A stretch of 64,000 nucleotides of DNA from Escherichia coli (GTDB lineage Bacteria; Pseudomonadota; Gammaproteobacteria; Enterobacterales; Enterobacteriaceae), in NCBI RefSeq assembly GCF_016903815.1, contig NZ_CP069974.1; one strand, 5' to 3'. Numbering within the stretch: position 1 is the stretch's first letter; every line of letters begins with the position of its first letter. This document shows positions 42,447-54,600 of this stretch, in pieces. The notes under the pieces were generated by a model that worked only from the letters and a program-made list of their open reading frames with translations, was not told where the DNA came from and made no database searches. A program made the position numbers and the translations under genes.

Positions 42447-42607
42447 GGCCGTGCCGCACCTGTAACCGGGCGACCGCATACGAATGCAGGTGCGGCCCCG
42501 AAGCCGCAGCGCGTGGAGGAGGAACGACGAAACGTGACCGGGTGAGGAGGCCGGCGACAGCGACACACTTGCATCGGATGCAGCCCGGTTAACGTGCCGG
42601 CACGGCC
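42447..42607 (-). promoter_or_regulatory. Frpo-like single-strand promoter hairpin B2 upstream of the DUF1281 gene
   Basis: Arms GGCCGTGCCGCACCTGTAACCGGGC... / ...GCCCGGTTAACGTGCCGGCACGGCC. The 3' arm carries TTGCAT (42569-42574), N15, then TAACGT (42590-42595), with a bulge opposite the -10. Homologous to B1. Confidence 0.5.
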
Positions 42608-42789
42608 TGGGTAACCAGGTATTTTGTCCACATAACCGTGCGCAAAATGTTGTGGATAAGCAGGACACAGCAGCAATCCACAGCAGGCATACAACCGCAC
42701 ACCGAGGTTACTCCGTTCTACAGGTTACGACGACATGTCAATACTTGCCCTTGACAGGCATTGATGGAATCGTAGTCTCACGCTGATAG

Positions 42790-43175
42790 TCTGATCGACA
42801 ATACAAGTGGGACCGTGGTCCCAGACCGATAATCAGACCGACAACACGAGTGGGATCGTGGTCCCAGACTAATAATCAGACCGACGATACGAGTGGGACC
42901 GTGGTCCCAGACTAATAATCAGACCGACGATACGAGTGGGACCGTGGTCCCAGACTAATAATCAGACCGACGATACGAGTGGGACCATGGTCCCAGACTA
43001 ATAATCAGACCGACGATACGAGTGGGACCATGGTCCCAGACTAATAATCAGACCGACGATACGAGTGGGACCGTGGTCCCAGACTAATAATCAGACCGAC
43101 GATACGAGTGGGACCGTGGTCCCAGTCTGATTATCAGACCGACGATACAAGTGGAACAGTGGGCCCAGAGAGAAT
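42790..43175. repeat. sopC: sopC centromere: 43-bp direct repeats, 8 good plus 1 degenerate
   Basis: TGGGACC(G/A)TGGTCCCA cores at 42808, 42851, 42894, 42937, 42980, 43023, 43066 and 43109 (exact 43-nt spacing), plus a degenerate unit at 43152. Confidence 0.92.
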
Positions 43176-43256
43176 ATTCAGGCCAGTTATGCTTTCTGGC
43201 CTGTAACAAAGGACATTAAGTAAAGACAGATAAACGTAGACTAAAACGTGGTCGCA

Positions 43257-44228
43257 TCAGGGTGCTGGCTTTTCAAGTTCCTTAAGAATGGCCTCAATTT
43301 TCTCTATACACTCAGTTGGAACACGAGACCTGTCCAGGTTAAGCACCATTTTATCGCCCTTATACAATACTGTCGCTCCAGGAGCAAACTGATGTCGTGA
43401 GCTTAAACTAGTTCTTGATGCAGATGACGTTTTAAGCACAGAAGTTAAAAGAGTGATAACTTCTTCAGCTTCAAATATCACCCCAGCTTTTTTCTGCTCA
43501 TGAAGGTTAGATGCCTGCTGCTTAAGTAATTCCTCTTTATCTGTAAAGGCTTTTTGAAGTGCATCACCTGACCGGGCAGATAGTTCACCGGGGTGAGAAA
43601 AAAGAGCAACAACTGATTTAGGCAATTTGGCTGTGTTGATACAGCGGGTAATAATCTTACGTGAAATATTTTCCGCATCAGCCAGCGCAGAAATATTTCC
43701 AGCAAATTCATTCTGCAATCGGCTTGCATAACGCTGACCACGTTCATAAGCACTTGTTGGGCGATAATCGTTACCCAATCTGGATAATGCAGCCATCTGC
43801 TCATCATCCAGCTCGCCAACCAGAACACGATAATCACTTTCGGTAAGTGCAGCAGCTTTACGACGGCGACTCCCATCGGCAATTTCTATGACACCAGATA
43901 CTCTTCGACCGAACGCCGGTGTCTGTTGACCAGTCAGTAGAAAAGAAGGGATGAGATCATCCAGTGAGTCCTCAGTAAGCAGCTCCTGGTCACGTTCATT
44001 ACCTGACCATACCCGAGAGGTCTTCTCAACACTATCACCCCGGAGCACTTCAAGAGTAAACTTCACATCCCGACCACATACAGGCAAAGTAATGGCATTA
44101 CCGCGAGCCATTACTCCTACGCGCGCAATTAACGAATCCACCATCGGGGCAGCTGGTGTCGATAACGAAGTATCTCCAACCGGTTGAGTATTGAGCGTAT
44201 GTTTTGGAATAACAGGCGCACGCTTCAT
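43257..44228 (-). CDS. sopB: SopB (ParB-type partition protein)
   Basis: 323 aa [57 protein letters not shown].... Confidence 0.95.
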   Translation of the reverse strand: MKRAPVIPKHTLNTQPVGDTSLSTPAAPMVDSLIARVGVMARGNAITLPVCGRDVKFTLEVLRGDSVEKTSRVWSGNERDQELLTEDSLDDLIPSFLLTGQQTPAFGRRVSGVIEIADGSRRRKAAALTESDYRVLVGELDDEQMAALSRLGNDYRPTSAYERGQRYASRLQNEFAGNISALADAENISRKIITRCINTAKLPKSVVALFSHPGELSARSGDALQKAFTDKEELLKQQASNLHEQKKAGVIFEAEEVITLLTSVLKTSSASRTSLSSRHQFAPGATVLYKGDKMVLNLDRSRVPTECIEKIEAILKELEKPAP

Positions 44229-45403
44229 TATCTAATCTCCCAGCGTGGTTTAATCAGACGATCGAAAATTTCATTGCAGACAGGTTCCCAAATAGAAAGA
44301 GCATTTCTCCAGGCACCAGTTGAAGAGCGTTGATCAATGGCCTGTTCAAAAACAGTTCTCATCCGGATCTGACCTTTACCAACTTCATCCGTTTCACGTA
44401 CAACATTTTTTAGAACCATGCTTCCCCAGGCATCCCGAATTTGCTCCTCCATCCACGGGGACTGAGAGCCATTACTATTGCTGTATTTGGTAAGCAAAAT
44501 ACGTACATCAGGCTCGAACCCTTTAAGATCAACGTTCTTGAGCAGATCACGAAGCATATCGAAAAACTGCAGTGCGGAGGTGTAGTCAAACAACTCAGCA
44601 GGCGTGGGAACAATCAGCACATCAGCAGCACATACGACATTAATCGTGCCGATACCCAGGTTAGGCGCGCTGTCAATAACTATGACATCATAGTCATGAG
44701 CAACAGTTTCAATGGCCAGTCGGAGCATCAGGTGTGGATCGGTGGGCAGTTTACCTTCATCAAATTTGCCCATTAACTCAGTTTCAATACGGTGCAGAGC
44801 CAGACAGGAAGGAATAATGTCAAGCCCAGGCCAGCAAGTGGGCTTTATTGCATAAGTGACATCGTCCTTTTCCCCAAGATAGAAAGGCAGGAGAGTGTCT
44901 TCTGCATGAATATGAAGATCTGGTACCCATCCGTGATACATTGAGGCTGTTCCCTGGGGGTCGTTACCTTCCACGAGCAAAACACGTAGCCCCTTCAGAG
45001 CCAGATCCTGAGCAAGATGAACAGAAACTGAGGTTTTGTAAACGCCACCTTTATGGGCAGCAACCCCGATCACCGGTGGAAATACGTCTTCAGCACGTCG
45101 CAATCGCGTACCAAACACATCACGCATATGATTAATTTGTTCAATTGTATAACCAACACGTTGCTCAACCCGTCCTCGAATTTCCATATCCGGGTGCGGT
45201 AGTCGCCCTGCTTTCTCGGCATCTCTGATAGCCTGAGAAGAAACCCCAACTAAATCCGCTGCTTCACCTATTCTCCAGCGCCGGGTTATTTTCCTCGCTT
45301 CCGGGCTGTCATCATTAAACTGTGCAATGGCGATAGCCTTCGTCATTTCATGACCAGCGTTTATGCACTGGTTAAGTGTTTCCATGAGTTTCATTCTGAA
45401 CAT
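44228..45403 (-). CDS. sopA: SopA (ParA Walker-type ATPase)
   Basis: 391 aa with deviant Walker [12 protein letters not shown], matching F SopA. Confidence 0.95.
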   Translation of the reverse strand: MFRMKLMETLNQCINAGHEMTKAIAIAQFNDDSPEARKITRRWRIGEAADLVGVSSQAIRDAEKAGRLPHPDMEIRGRVEQRVGYTIEQINHMRDVFGTRLRRAEDVFPPVIGVAAHKGGVYKTSVSVHLAQDLALKGLRVLLVEGNDPQGTASMYHGWVPDLHIHAEDTLLPFYLGEKDDVTYAIKPTCWPGLDIIPSCLALHRIETELMGKFDEGKLPTDPHLMLRLAIETVAHDYDVIVIDSAPNLGIGTINVVCAADVLIVPTPAELFDYTSALQFFDMLRDLLKNVDLKGFEPDVRILLTKYSNSNGSQSPWMEEQIRDAWGSMVLKNVVRETDEVGKGQIRMRTVFEQAIDQRSSTGAWRNALSIWEPVCNEIFDRLIKPRWEIR

Positions 45404-45560
45404 CCTTTAATCATTGCTTTGCGTTTTTTTATTAAATCTTGCAATTTACTGCAAAGCAACAACAAAATCGCAAAGTCATCAAAAAACCGCAAAGTTGTTT
45501 AAAATAAGAGCAACACTACAAAAGGAGATAAGAAGAGCACATACCTCAGTCACTTATTAT

Positions 45561-45617
45561 CACTAGCGCTCGCCGCAGCCGTGTAACCGAGCATAGCGAG
45601 CGAACTGGCGAGGAAGC
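45561..45617 (-). other. candidate primosome assembly (n'-pas/ssi) sequence
   Basis: The reverse complement GCTTCCTCGCCAGTTCGCTCGCTATGCTCGGTTACACGGCTGCGGCGAGCGCTAGTG resembles 47103-47160, and by recollection the ColE1/pBR322 pas region (CTTCCTCGCTCACTGACTCGCTGCGCTCGG...GGCTGCGGCGAGCGG). Confidence 0.35.
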
Positions 45618-45732
45618 AAAGAAGAACTGTTCTGTCAGATAGCTCTTACGCTCAGCGCAAGAAGAAATATCCACCGTGGGAAAAACTCCAGGTAGAGGTA
45701 CACACGCGGATAGCCAATTCAGAGTAATAAAC

Positions 45733-45980
45733 TGTGATAATCAACCCTCATCAATGATGACGAACTAACCCCCGATATCAGGTCACATGACGAAGGGAAA
45801 GAGAAGGAAATCAACTGTGACAAACTGCCCTCAAATTTGGCTTCCTTAAAAATTACAGTTCAAAAAGTATGAGAAAATCCATGCAGGCTGAAGGAAACAG
45901 CAAAACTGTGACAAATTACCCTCAGTAGGTCAGAACAAATGTGACGAACCACCCTCAAATCTGTGACAGATAACCCTCAG
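45733..45980 (+). repeat. incC: incC: five RepE 19-bp iterons
   Basis: TGTGA(C/T)A...CCCTCA units begin at 45733, 45816, 45907, 45940 and 45962. Confidence 0.85.
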
Positions 45981-45981
45981 A

Positions 45982-47050
<1,069 letters not shown>

Positions 47051-47102
47051 AGTTTTTTCAGGCATCGTGTGTAAGCAGAATATATAAGTGCTGTTCCCTG
47101 GT

Positions 47103-47160
47103 GCTTCCTCGCTCACTCGAGGGCTTCGCCCTGTCGCTCGACTGCGGCGAGCACTACTGG
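47103..47160 (+). other. candidate primosome assembly (n'-pas/ssi) sequence
   Basis: GCTTCCTCGCTCACTCGAGGGCTTCGCCCTGTCGCTCGACTGCGGCGAGCACTACTGG is an inverted partner of 45561-45617. Confidence 0.35.
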
Positions 47161-47510
47161 CTGTAAAAGGACAGACCACATCATGGTGCTGTGTTCATTA
47201 GGTTGTTCTGTCCATTGCTGACATAATCCGCTCCACTTCAACGTAACACCGCACGAAGATTTCTATTGTTCCTGAAGGCATATTCAAATCGTTTTCGTTA
47301 CCGCTTGCAGGCATCATGACAGAACACTACTTCCTATAAACGCTACACAGGCTCCTGAGATTAATAATGCGGATCTCTACGATAATGGGAGATTTTCCCG
47401 ACTGTTTCGTTCGCTTCTCAGTGGATAACAGCCAGCTTCTCTGTTTAACAGACAAAAACAGCATATCCACTCAGTTCCACATTTCCATATAAAGGCCAAG
47501 GCATTTATTC

Positions 47511-48317
47511 TCAGGATAATTGTTTCAGCATCGCAACCGCATCAGACTCCGGCATCGCAAACTGCACCCGGTGCCGGGCAGCCACATCCAGCGCAAAAAC
47601 CTTCGTGTAGACTTCCGTTGAACTGATGGACTTATGTCCCATCAGGCTTTGCAGAACTTTCAGCGGTATACCGGCATACAGCATGTGCATCGCATAGGAA
47701 TGGCGGAACGTATGTGGTGTGACCGGAACAGAGAACGTCACACCGTCAGCAGCAGCGGCGGCAACCGCCTCCCCAATCCAGGTCCTGACCGTTCTGTCCG
47801 TCACTTCCCAGATCCGCGCTTTCTCTGTCCTTCCTGTGCGACGGTTACGCCGCTCCATGGGTATTTTCAGTGTTGCCACCATCGTCTGCAGCTGGCTGAC
47901 GTACCAGGAGTCAGAGAGCGGAACCAGCCGGTGAGTCTGCTGACCGGCGGGCATTCTCCCCGCCGTCCTGGCAGCTTTTTCGGTCCGTTGTTTCAGGGTC
48001 GCAAGCTGCACAAACGGATACGGAGGCGCAAGCGAAAAATCCCCCCGCGTCAGCGCCAGTGCTTCATTAATGCGTGCTCCGGTGTTCCACAGTGTGGCCA
48101 GCAGCATCTTGCGGTGCAGATCCGGGACGTAATGGAGCAGGGCACTCACTTCCGGAGCCAGCAGATATTTTGGCAGTTCATCATGGACCATCGACATCTG
48201 GCGAAGTGCCAGAGCTGCCGGATAATCAATGGCAACAGGCAGCGATGCAGGCTGCCCGGCAGAATACACTGCCGGTACCATGACTGCAGACTGGCTGTGT
48301 ATAACGGAGCCTGACAT
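47511..48317 (-). CDS. resD: ResD tyrosine site-specific recombinase (F D protein)
   Basis: 268 aa with the C-terminal catalytic region ...HTFRHSYAMHMLYAGIPLKVLQSLMGHKSISSTEVYTKV. Confidence 0.9.
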   Translation of the reverse strand: MSGSVIHSQSAVMVPAVYSAGQPASLPVAIDYPAALALRQMSMVHDELPKYLLAPEVSALLHYVPDLHRKMLLATLWNTGARINEALALTRGDFSLAPPYPFVQLATLKQRTEKAARTAGRMPAGQQTHRLVPLSDSWYVSQLQTMVATLKIPMERRNRRTGRTEKARIWEVTDRTVRTWIGEAVAAAAADGVTFSVPVTPHTFRHSYAMHMLYAGIPLKVLQSLMGHKSISSTEVYTKVFALDVAARHRVQFAMPESDAVAMLKQLS

Positions 48318-48843
<526 letters not shown>

Positions 48844-49234
48844 AGCACACCTCTTTTTGACATACTTCGGGTATACATATCAGTATATATTCTTATGCCG
48901 CAAAAATCAGCGCGCAAATACGCATACTGCTATCTGGCTTTTAGTAAGCCTTATGTATTTTACCTTTCGTTATGTTAACCAATAAAAATTAAAATCTGAC
49001 TTATAAAAACAAAGCGTAATTACCGCATTCCCGTTTCGTATGGATCCGACTTTATTTGAATAAACGACTTTCCGGAAGTGTACAACGCTGAGAAAATCAT
49101 CATATCGCTGTTTTCCGCCCCTGCACGGCGCATCACAGGTCAGGGAAATAACACAACATATAGTGTCATCAGCAGCTGAATCCGGCACCACATGTTGTGC
49201 TTACAGGAAGTGGCGTTGTGTGGGGGGGAGAGGA

Positions 49235-49281
49235 AGATCCGTAACTGCCGGAAACCGGATCTCAGAAGAGAAAAAGAAGAG
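49235..49281 (+). repeat. hairpin-plus-polypurine junction repeat, copy 1
   Basis: AGATCCG-N14-CGGATCT (49235-49262), then the purine run AGAAGAGAAAAAGAAGAG (49264-49281). Another purine run (GGGGGGGAGAGGAAG) lies just upstream. Confidence 0.7.
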
Positions 49282-49476
49282 TTGTTGCAAGATAAGCACA
49301 AAAAATGGTGGTTTGTTGAGATATGGTAATTATTGCTCAGTGGGCAAAATTCAGAACAGAGTTAGCCTGAAATTGCAAAAAACAGGCCAGAAAAACTTTT
49401 TTCAGCTCATTTTCATCAACCGGCCTTAAAGGCTGCTTCGGATTTCCTAAATACAGTTTTACATAAGGAACATCGT

Positions 49477-49674
49477 ATGACTGTATTTCTCATGGCCGTT
49501 TTCTATGGCCTCTTAAAAACTGGCTCTCTCATTGCCCTACTTGTTGATGCCTATAAAGGCTGGACCTTGTTCTGGAAGAACTATGATCGACTCCCCCATA
49601 TCTACCGTTCGCAATGGCGATATCAGCGACGCTTCATTCTCAAAAGAATCTGGAAACGCATCAGAACCGGCTAA
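49477..49674 (+). CDS. possible small membrane protein (65 aa)
   Basis: RBS-like AAGGAA 7 nt before the ATG. One hydrophobic helix MTVFLMAVFYGLLKTGSLIALLV, then a W/R/K-rich tail. Convergent with the HTH gene, overlapping it by 4 nt. Confidence 0.35.
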   Translation: MTVFLMAVFYGLLKTGSLIALLVDAYKGWTLFWKNYDRLPHIYRSQWRYQRRFILKRIWKRIRTG

Positions 49675-49955
49675 GCCGGTTCTTCCAGCAGCATCCCCAA
49701 CCCGGCCAGCCAGCACAGACAGCACCAGGTGGTGAACACCATTCTGGTCTCGCCGGATTTCCACTTACGGATGGTGCGCTCGTCCACATCTAGCCGGTTG
49801 GCCAGCTGGATATCTGTGAGCGGGATCAGCGCCCGGACCACGCTGACTTCACTGGCTGAAGGTGCCATCCAGCTCTCGCCCGAGCACAGTGTTTCAGGGT
49901 TAAATTTCTCTAGTTCTATCAGCCCCTGAACCTGACGGGCATTTTCTGCCTTCAT
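49671..49955 (-). CDS. XRE/HigA-like helix-turn-helix protein (94 aa)
   Basis: ...SASEVSVVRALIPLTDIQLANRLDVDERTIRKWKSGETRMVFTTW..LAGL fits the antitoxin/regulator HTH pattern. It lies 20 nt after the DUF3800 gene. Confidence 0.6.
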   Translation of the reverse strand: MKAENARQVQGLIELEKFNPETLCSGESWMAPSASEVSVVRALIPLTDIQLANRLDVDERTIRKWKSGETRMVFTTWCCLCWLAGLGMLLEEPA

Positions 49956-49974
49956 ATGCGGTTAACCTTTCTGA

Positions 49975-51108
49975 TCAGGATTGCGACACACTTTGTACAC
50001 GATGGGCAAGACGGCGCGTTTCTTCCACGGCCCTGAGTTCATTTGCTTTTTCTATCATTTCTGCGGTTGGTTCAGAAAGTTTTTCAAAAAACTCCTTAAA
50101 CCTCTTTGCAACTGACTGCAGAGAAACACTGTCAGTTCTCGCTGTTTTAAGATTGGTGTAGACGAGGCGGGAAAGGGGTTTGGTCAGTTCCTTCCGTTCC
50201 ATGTATCGTTTGAAGATCCAGAGATAAATATCAACCAGTTCCAGCCCGGCACTCATCGTTCCCGACTGGAAGACAAGCGGTTTTGCTGGCATGTTCTTCA
50301 TATCCATGACAGGCAAACCCGGCCCCAGTGCCCACGGCTGTTCGCGGATCTGGTAGTAAAACTCGTTCAACTCCCGCTGGGTGGTGTTGAACTGTGACTG
50401 CTGGTCAACAATGATATCTGCTTTCCGGTTCGGTGCCCCCAGACGAGAGCAGATCCCGTGCAAAACGGACTGAAAACCAATCATATTGGGCATGATCTGC
50501 AACTTTTCCTTATTGGTTTTGCAGTTGTACCCCAGCTCATCAAAGTTGACCATCGCCCAAGATAGGGCATCGGTAATGAGTTCAACTGAACGGGCATCAC
50601 CCAGAGAGTGAACGCGCTGAAGCAGCACTCCACAAACCTCACTGAATAATGAGCAAGAACGTTCATCATGAGCCTCAAGACGGGCACGCCACGCTTTTTC
50701 AGCCAGCTCATCATCAAACAGATTAGACAGATTCAGCAGCAGGGGATAGCGCAGAGGGGTCCAGTAGGCACTCCAGGGCACAACCGGATTCAGTCCCTGA
50801 TCAAACACCTGGTCGAAGAACGAAATAATGGCGTGATCGCGCTTAACCACCTGCCAGATATCAAACCGTATCCGGTGATTTTTCTGCAGGACCAGCAGCG
50901 TATCCACAACTTCTGAAAGGCGGTGCACGCCCAGTTCCGCAGCGTGCAGGCGCTCCACGCCCAGAGTTTTGCGTAATGCGGCAAGATCCGCTTCAGCAAC
51001 CTTATCTAGGTCAGCCTCTGAGGACAGTACTCCGTAGGAGAGGATTGGCTGGGTTTTGTCAAAAAGGTTTCGGCCAGTCTGGCCTGTTTCATCCACATAA
51101 AAGTGCAT
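49975..51108 (-). CDS. DUF3800-like protein (377 aa)
   Basis: The N-terminus MHFYVDETGQTG matches the [FY]xDE[ST]G signature recalled for DUF3800. The rest is not recognised. Confidence 0.55.
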   Translation of the reverse strand: MHFYVDETGQTGRNLFDKTQPILSYGVLSSEADLDKVAEADLAALRKTLGVERLHAAELGVHRLSEVVDTLLVLQKNHRIRFDIWQVVKRDHAIISFFDQVFDQGLNPVVPWSAYWTPLRYPLLLNLSNLFDDELAEKAWRARLEAHDERSCSLFSEVCGVLLQRVHSLGDARSVELITDALSWAMVNFDELGYNCKTNKEKLQIMPNMIGFQSVLHGICSRLGAPNRKADIIVDQQSQFNTTQRELNEFYYQIREQPWALGPGLPVMDMKNMPAKPLVFQSGTMSAGLELVDIYLWIFKRYMERKELTKPLSRLVYTNLKTARTDSVSLQSVAKRFKEFFEKLSEPTAEMIEKANELRAVEETRRLAHRVQSVSQS

Positions 51109-51190
51109 TCAGATATCCTTTTCAAGGCAGGAGGAAAAGAAACGGCATAATTCAAATCAATGTAAAACCTTCCTGTTGCCGGCTGCAAGT

Positions 51191-51236
51191 GATCCTCTTA
51201 AATGAGTTTTCGGATCTAAGGAAGAGAGAAGAGGGA
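51191..51236 (+). repeat. hairpin-plus-polypurine junction repeat, copy 2
   Basis: GATCC-N16-GGATC (51191-51216), then AAGGAAGAGAGAAGAGGGA (51218-51236). The next approx. 40 nt resemble those after copy 1 (TTRTTGYA.GA...GCACAAAAA). Confidence 0.7.
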
Positions 51237-51370
51237 TTATTGTATGAATGGCACAAAAAGCGACGGATTGTTGCGGTGAATAGATTATTGCTTAGGAAGC
51301 AAAATTTATAGTAATTGATAACTCTAATGCAATTAAACAGCGACCCCATCAGGGGTCACCGTAATTTTGA

Positions 51371-54300
51371 TCAGCGATGTTCAAACCGCGCCACTGGAGT
51401 ATCAGTGATTTCCATCTCTATTTCCCAGAGCGTTTTCATCACACCTTCAAGTGGATCGTCGCTGCTGCGGTAGAAGGTATTGAAAAGGGTTCCATCCGGA
51501 TACCTGAACAGCCTGAGTTCACCAAAGGATTCAGCACTGACCATAAGCGAAAACTCCTGTTCGGAATTGAGGACAAGGTAAATAAGACAGTTATTGATCC
51601 TGAAGGGCAGAGAGCGGCTACCCCTGGCCGATACATCAACATGTATGCTAAACGCGTCATGCCTTTCCGGCTGATAGACCAGTTCCCTCAGTTCCTCGCT
51701 GAAGCGGGAACCATAGATCACCAGAATGTAGTTATTCTGATCAGCGGACCGTTGCGCGACTTCCATTAACAGCGTTTCGAGGTTATTGACCTCAATCGTT
51801 AATTTAGCCTGTGACTGCCACAGTACATAATGCAGTCTGCGGAGAATATTTCTGTTCACTTCTGATACCGAAGGGAAATCTCCGTAGTCAGTCTGATTAA
51901 GCTCTCTGGCAACATACTCTTTGGAAACACCAACAGGAATATATATCGCCAGCCAGTTGCGATCACATTCTGAATTTTGAGTAAACGTGAAGTATTTAAG
52001 CAGAACATCTTCAGACAATGCCCCAGGAAGTTCATTTGTAAGACGAGCATCAGTGTTTCTCAGTCGAGCCTGGTCTACTTCAGCAGCAACGATATCTGCC
52101 GTTTTACTACGACTGAATACATCTATGTATTTATCCAGAACATCATTAAAGAACACCACATTCGTTGCATAATCCGCTTCTGAAATGATATAACCTTCAT
52201 AGGGAACTGAAGGGTCTCGTTTCAGTCGTTTAAGAATAGAAATTATTCTGTCTTTACTGGAATAGGAAAACACCCCTCCAGCCAGGGCTTCATTAACACG
52301 CTGTGTAACCTGCTCCGCAGGCCTTGCGAGCTTTATAGCCAGCAAGGCAAACGCCCCGTAGAGACTCCCTAAATCTTCATATTCCCCTGTATACATACGC
52401 CCGGGAATGTAAGGCCTTTCATTATATGAGTTCATAACCTCAATGGTTTCTGATAACCCGCTGTACCAGCTTGTATTCGTATGCAGATTGCAGTGCTCAA
52501 TTCTCAGTATCATGTCAATGATATCGACAGAACGTCTGAATGCAGGCGTCAGCGTGTCATGTGTATCTCTATCTTCATATAATTCAGACATAATGAGATG
52601 ATTCACAAGATCGGCTAAGTCTATATTTTTTTGCGATTCAAAATGAGCAATAAGATACCCTGCCATTAACAACCGCAAATCGGATAAGGCATTTGCAAAC
52701 ATAATGGACAAAGCGGCATCTTTTTTATACTTGCTGCCCCTGAGTAACATATTCCACTGCGGTTCTGTCTCCTTCAGGGACAGATAATCCGGAGTCAGGA
52801 AGAAACTGTGCCAGCGGTACTCTTCCTCCCAGTAACGTGTAAACCGGCTCTGATTAAACCAGAGGCAGAGAACGTCGTGAGCATATCGCACGGAAGAGGC
52901 ATTATCGGCAACCACTGACGGAATAAGAAGCCTGGCGGTATTATGCAGATGATACATCAGGCGGCCAGTAGAATCTTCACTCCCGGGTTTGCCAGTGATC
53001 GTGGTCATACTCCAGCCTTCCCACAGTCCGATATACCCGCGGATAAGGGCCTGGTGAGTCAGCTCCTGGCTGGCCGAGAGGGGGCCCCCCAGTCCCGCTT
53101 TCCACTCGTTTAACACATGCCACACCCTGAAAAGCGAGAGTAAAAACTGTCTGAAATCGGTAAAACACGTGCTCTGTGTTTTTCTGTACACACGCAATGG
53201 AATGAGCATCGATTCACGGAAATATTCGCCTGAATATTCCGTTGATTTTACGGATTCACGAAAAAACTTTCTCAATTCATAATGGAATGAATCGCTGAAA
53301 GTATGGCTAAAACCTGATTCTTTTACTTCATCCAGATAATTTTTATCGACCTCGTAATTGTAACTTCTTTTGATAGAGGTATAGGTATCTGTTAATCGTT
53401 CAATCCCTGTTCTGAAGACGCTAATATTTTTATCGTTAAGCGCATCGTAAGCCTCACCAAAGAAATCAAAAGTAATATCATCCAGATCCCTTTTGTTCTC
53501 AGGGCGCCCTGTTACAATACAACGACGCAATAACCACCGCCACAATCCTGAAACAGGCTTGACATTTCTCGATGACAATAAAGTCAGTTCACCAGAACGA
53601 ACACCAAAGGAGGGCAGAATGATAATTTCCGCATCCTGCCCATCTACCGCCTCTAGCCTTCTCAGTAGGAATAAAAAAGGCCTTATATAAATATCAGTAA
53701 CAACATCACCTTTACTGATATTAGATTTAACATGAAGCATATCGTCTTTCTCAGAAATTGAGTAAGGCAGTATTTTAATATTACCGAGGTAATTTTGACC
53801 TACATGACCCCCCGGGTAACGCAGCCACGCCTGAATATATGCTTTTTGAATGTAGTCATCCACTATCTGAGATAAAAAAAACTTATTCATTAGTCGATCG
53901 CGTTTGCTCTCATCCAGGACATTCAGACTGGAGACGAAGAACCAGATAGACAGAATAATATTGAAAAGCATCCACACAAAAGCTGTTACGGCAAAAGAAG
54001 TATTAAGATATCCGTCACCTATAGATAACGTCATACCGCCCAGCACGACAAATGCAGCCAGTGAAAGACCACTCAGGCCCGCAAACATATATCCGGAATG
54101 AAGTTGATACGCGGACTGAATATGGATCCTTGCTGATTTCTTTTGAAATAAAACACTTATAAGCCCCACAACCAGCGGAAATACAATACCGATTATAGTC
54201 AACTGGCTACCCAGTAAATTAGACATCCAATCTGAAAGCTTGGTAATGCCCTTAAAATGCTGCACAGCGAAAGGTAGCAATACAGGGCGAAAATATTCGA

Positions 54301-54490
54301 CCACGCCAACAGCCCCGAAGGCTGCGGACCATAGAACCAGCATAGCCCGGACGTAATGGGTGGAGCAGGAAACAAGTATTCTCTCCACCGGGTTCCAGCG
54401 AAGTTTTTTGTAATCCCGGTTCGACTTCAGGCTCCGTCGGAGTTCAGCTCTCACCTGCCATGAGACACTTTTCAGAAGTTTTCCAAACAT
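51371..54490 (-). CDS. large membrane-anchored protein of unknown function (1039 aa)
   Basis: About five hydrophobic helices in the first approx. 190 residues, followed by an approx. 850-aa soluble region with no motif I recognise. AT-rich codon usage. Hairpin GTGACCCCTGATGGGGTCGC follows the stop. Confidence 0.7.
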   Translation of the reverse strand: MFGKLLKSVSWQVRAELRRSLKSNRDYKKLRWNPVERILVSCSTHYVRAMLVLWSAAFGAVGVVEYFRPVLLPFAVQHFKGITKLSDWMSNLLGSQLTIIGIVFPLVVGLISVLFQKKSARIHIQSAYQLHSGYMFAGLSGLSLAAFVVLGGMTLSIGDGYLNTSFAVTAFVWMLFNIILSIWFFVSSLNVLDESKRDRLMNKFFLSQIVDDYIQKAYIQAWLRYPGGHVGQNYLGNIKILPYSISEKDDMLHVKSNISKGDVVTDIYIRPFLFLLRRLEAVDGQDAEIIILPSFGVRSGELTLLSSRNVKPVSGLWRWLLRRCIVTGRPENKRDLDDITFDFFGEAYDALNDKNISVFRTGIERLTDTYTSIKRSYNYEVDKNYLDEVKESGFSHTFSDSFHYELRKFFRESVKSTEYSGEYFRESMLIPLRVYRKTQSTCFTDFRQFLLSLFRVWHVLNEWKAGLGGPLSASQELTHQALIRGYIGLWEGWSMTTITGKPGSEDSTGRLMYHLHNTARLLIPSVVADNASSVRYAHDVLCLWFNQSRFTRYWEEEYRWHSFFLTPDYLSLKETEPQWNMLLRGSKYKKDAALSIMFANALSDLRLLMAGYLIAHFESQKNIDLADLVNHLIMSELYEDRDTHDTLTPAFRRSVDIIDMILRIEHCNLHTNTSWYSGLSETIEVMNSYNERPYIPGRMYTGEYEDLGSLYGAFALLAIKLARPAEQVTQRVNEALAGGVFSYSSKDRIISILKRLKRDPSVPYEGYIISEADYATNVVFFNDVLDKYIDVFSRSKTADIVAAEVDQARLRNTDARLTNELPGALSEDVLLKYFTFTQNSECDRNWLAIYIPVGVSKEYVARELNQTDYGDFPSVSEVNRNILRRLHYVLWQSQAKLTIEVNNLETLLMEVAQRSADQNNYILVIYGSRFSEELRELVYQPERHDAFSIHVDVSARGSRSLPFRINNCLIYLVLNSEQEFSLMVSAESFGELRLFRYPDGTLFNTFYRSSDDPLEGVMKTLWEIEMEITDTPVARFEHR

Positions 54491-54600
54491 AGATATCCTG
54501 CGTATTACATAAGAAATTTTATGAATAATAAGCGGTAGGAACCTTTTTTTCTCTGGAAAATGTCACCCGATACCCTTCATACAGGCTTTGTCATCCTAAA

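Noticed and set aside
42790-43175. Regular 43-bp direct repeats that could be mistaken for a CRISPR array
   Set aside because: The units are contiguous with no unique spacers and each contains the SopB-binding palindrome. This is the sopC centromere next to sopAB.
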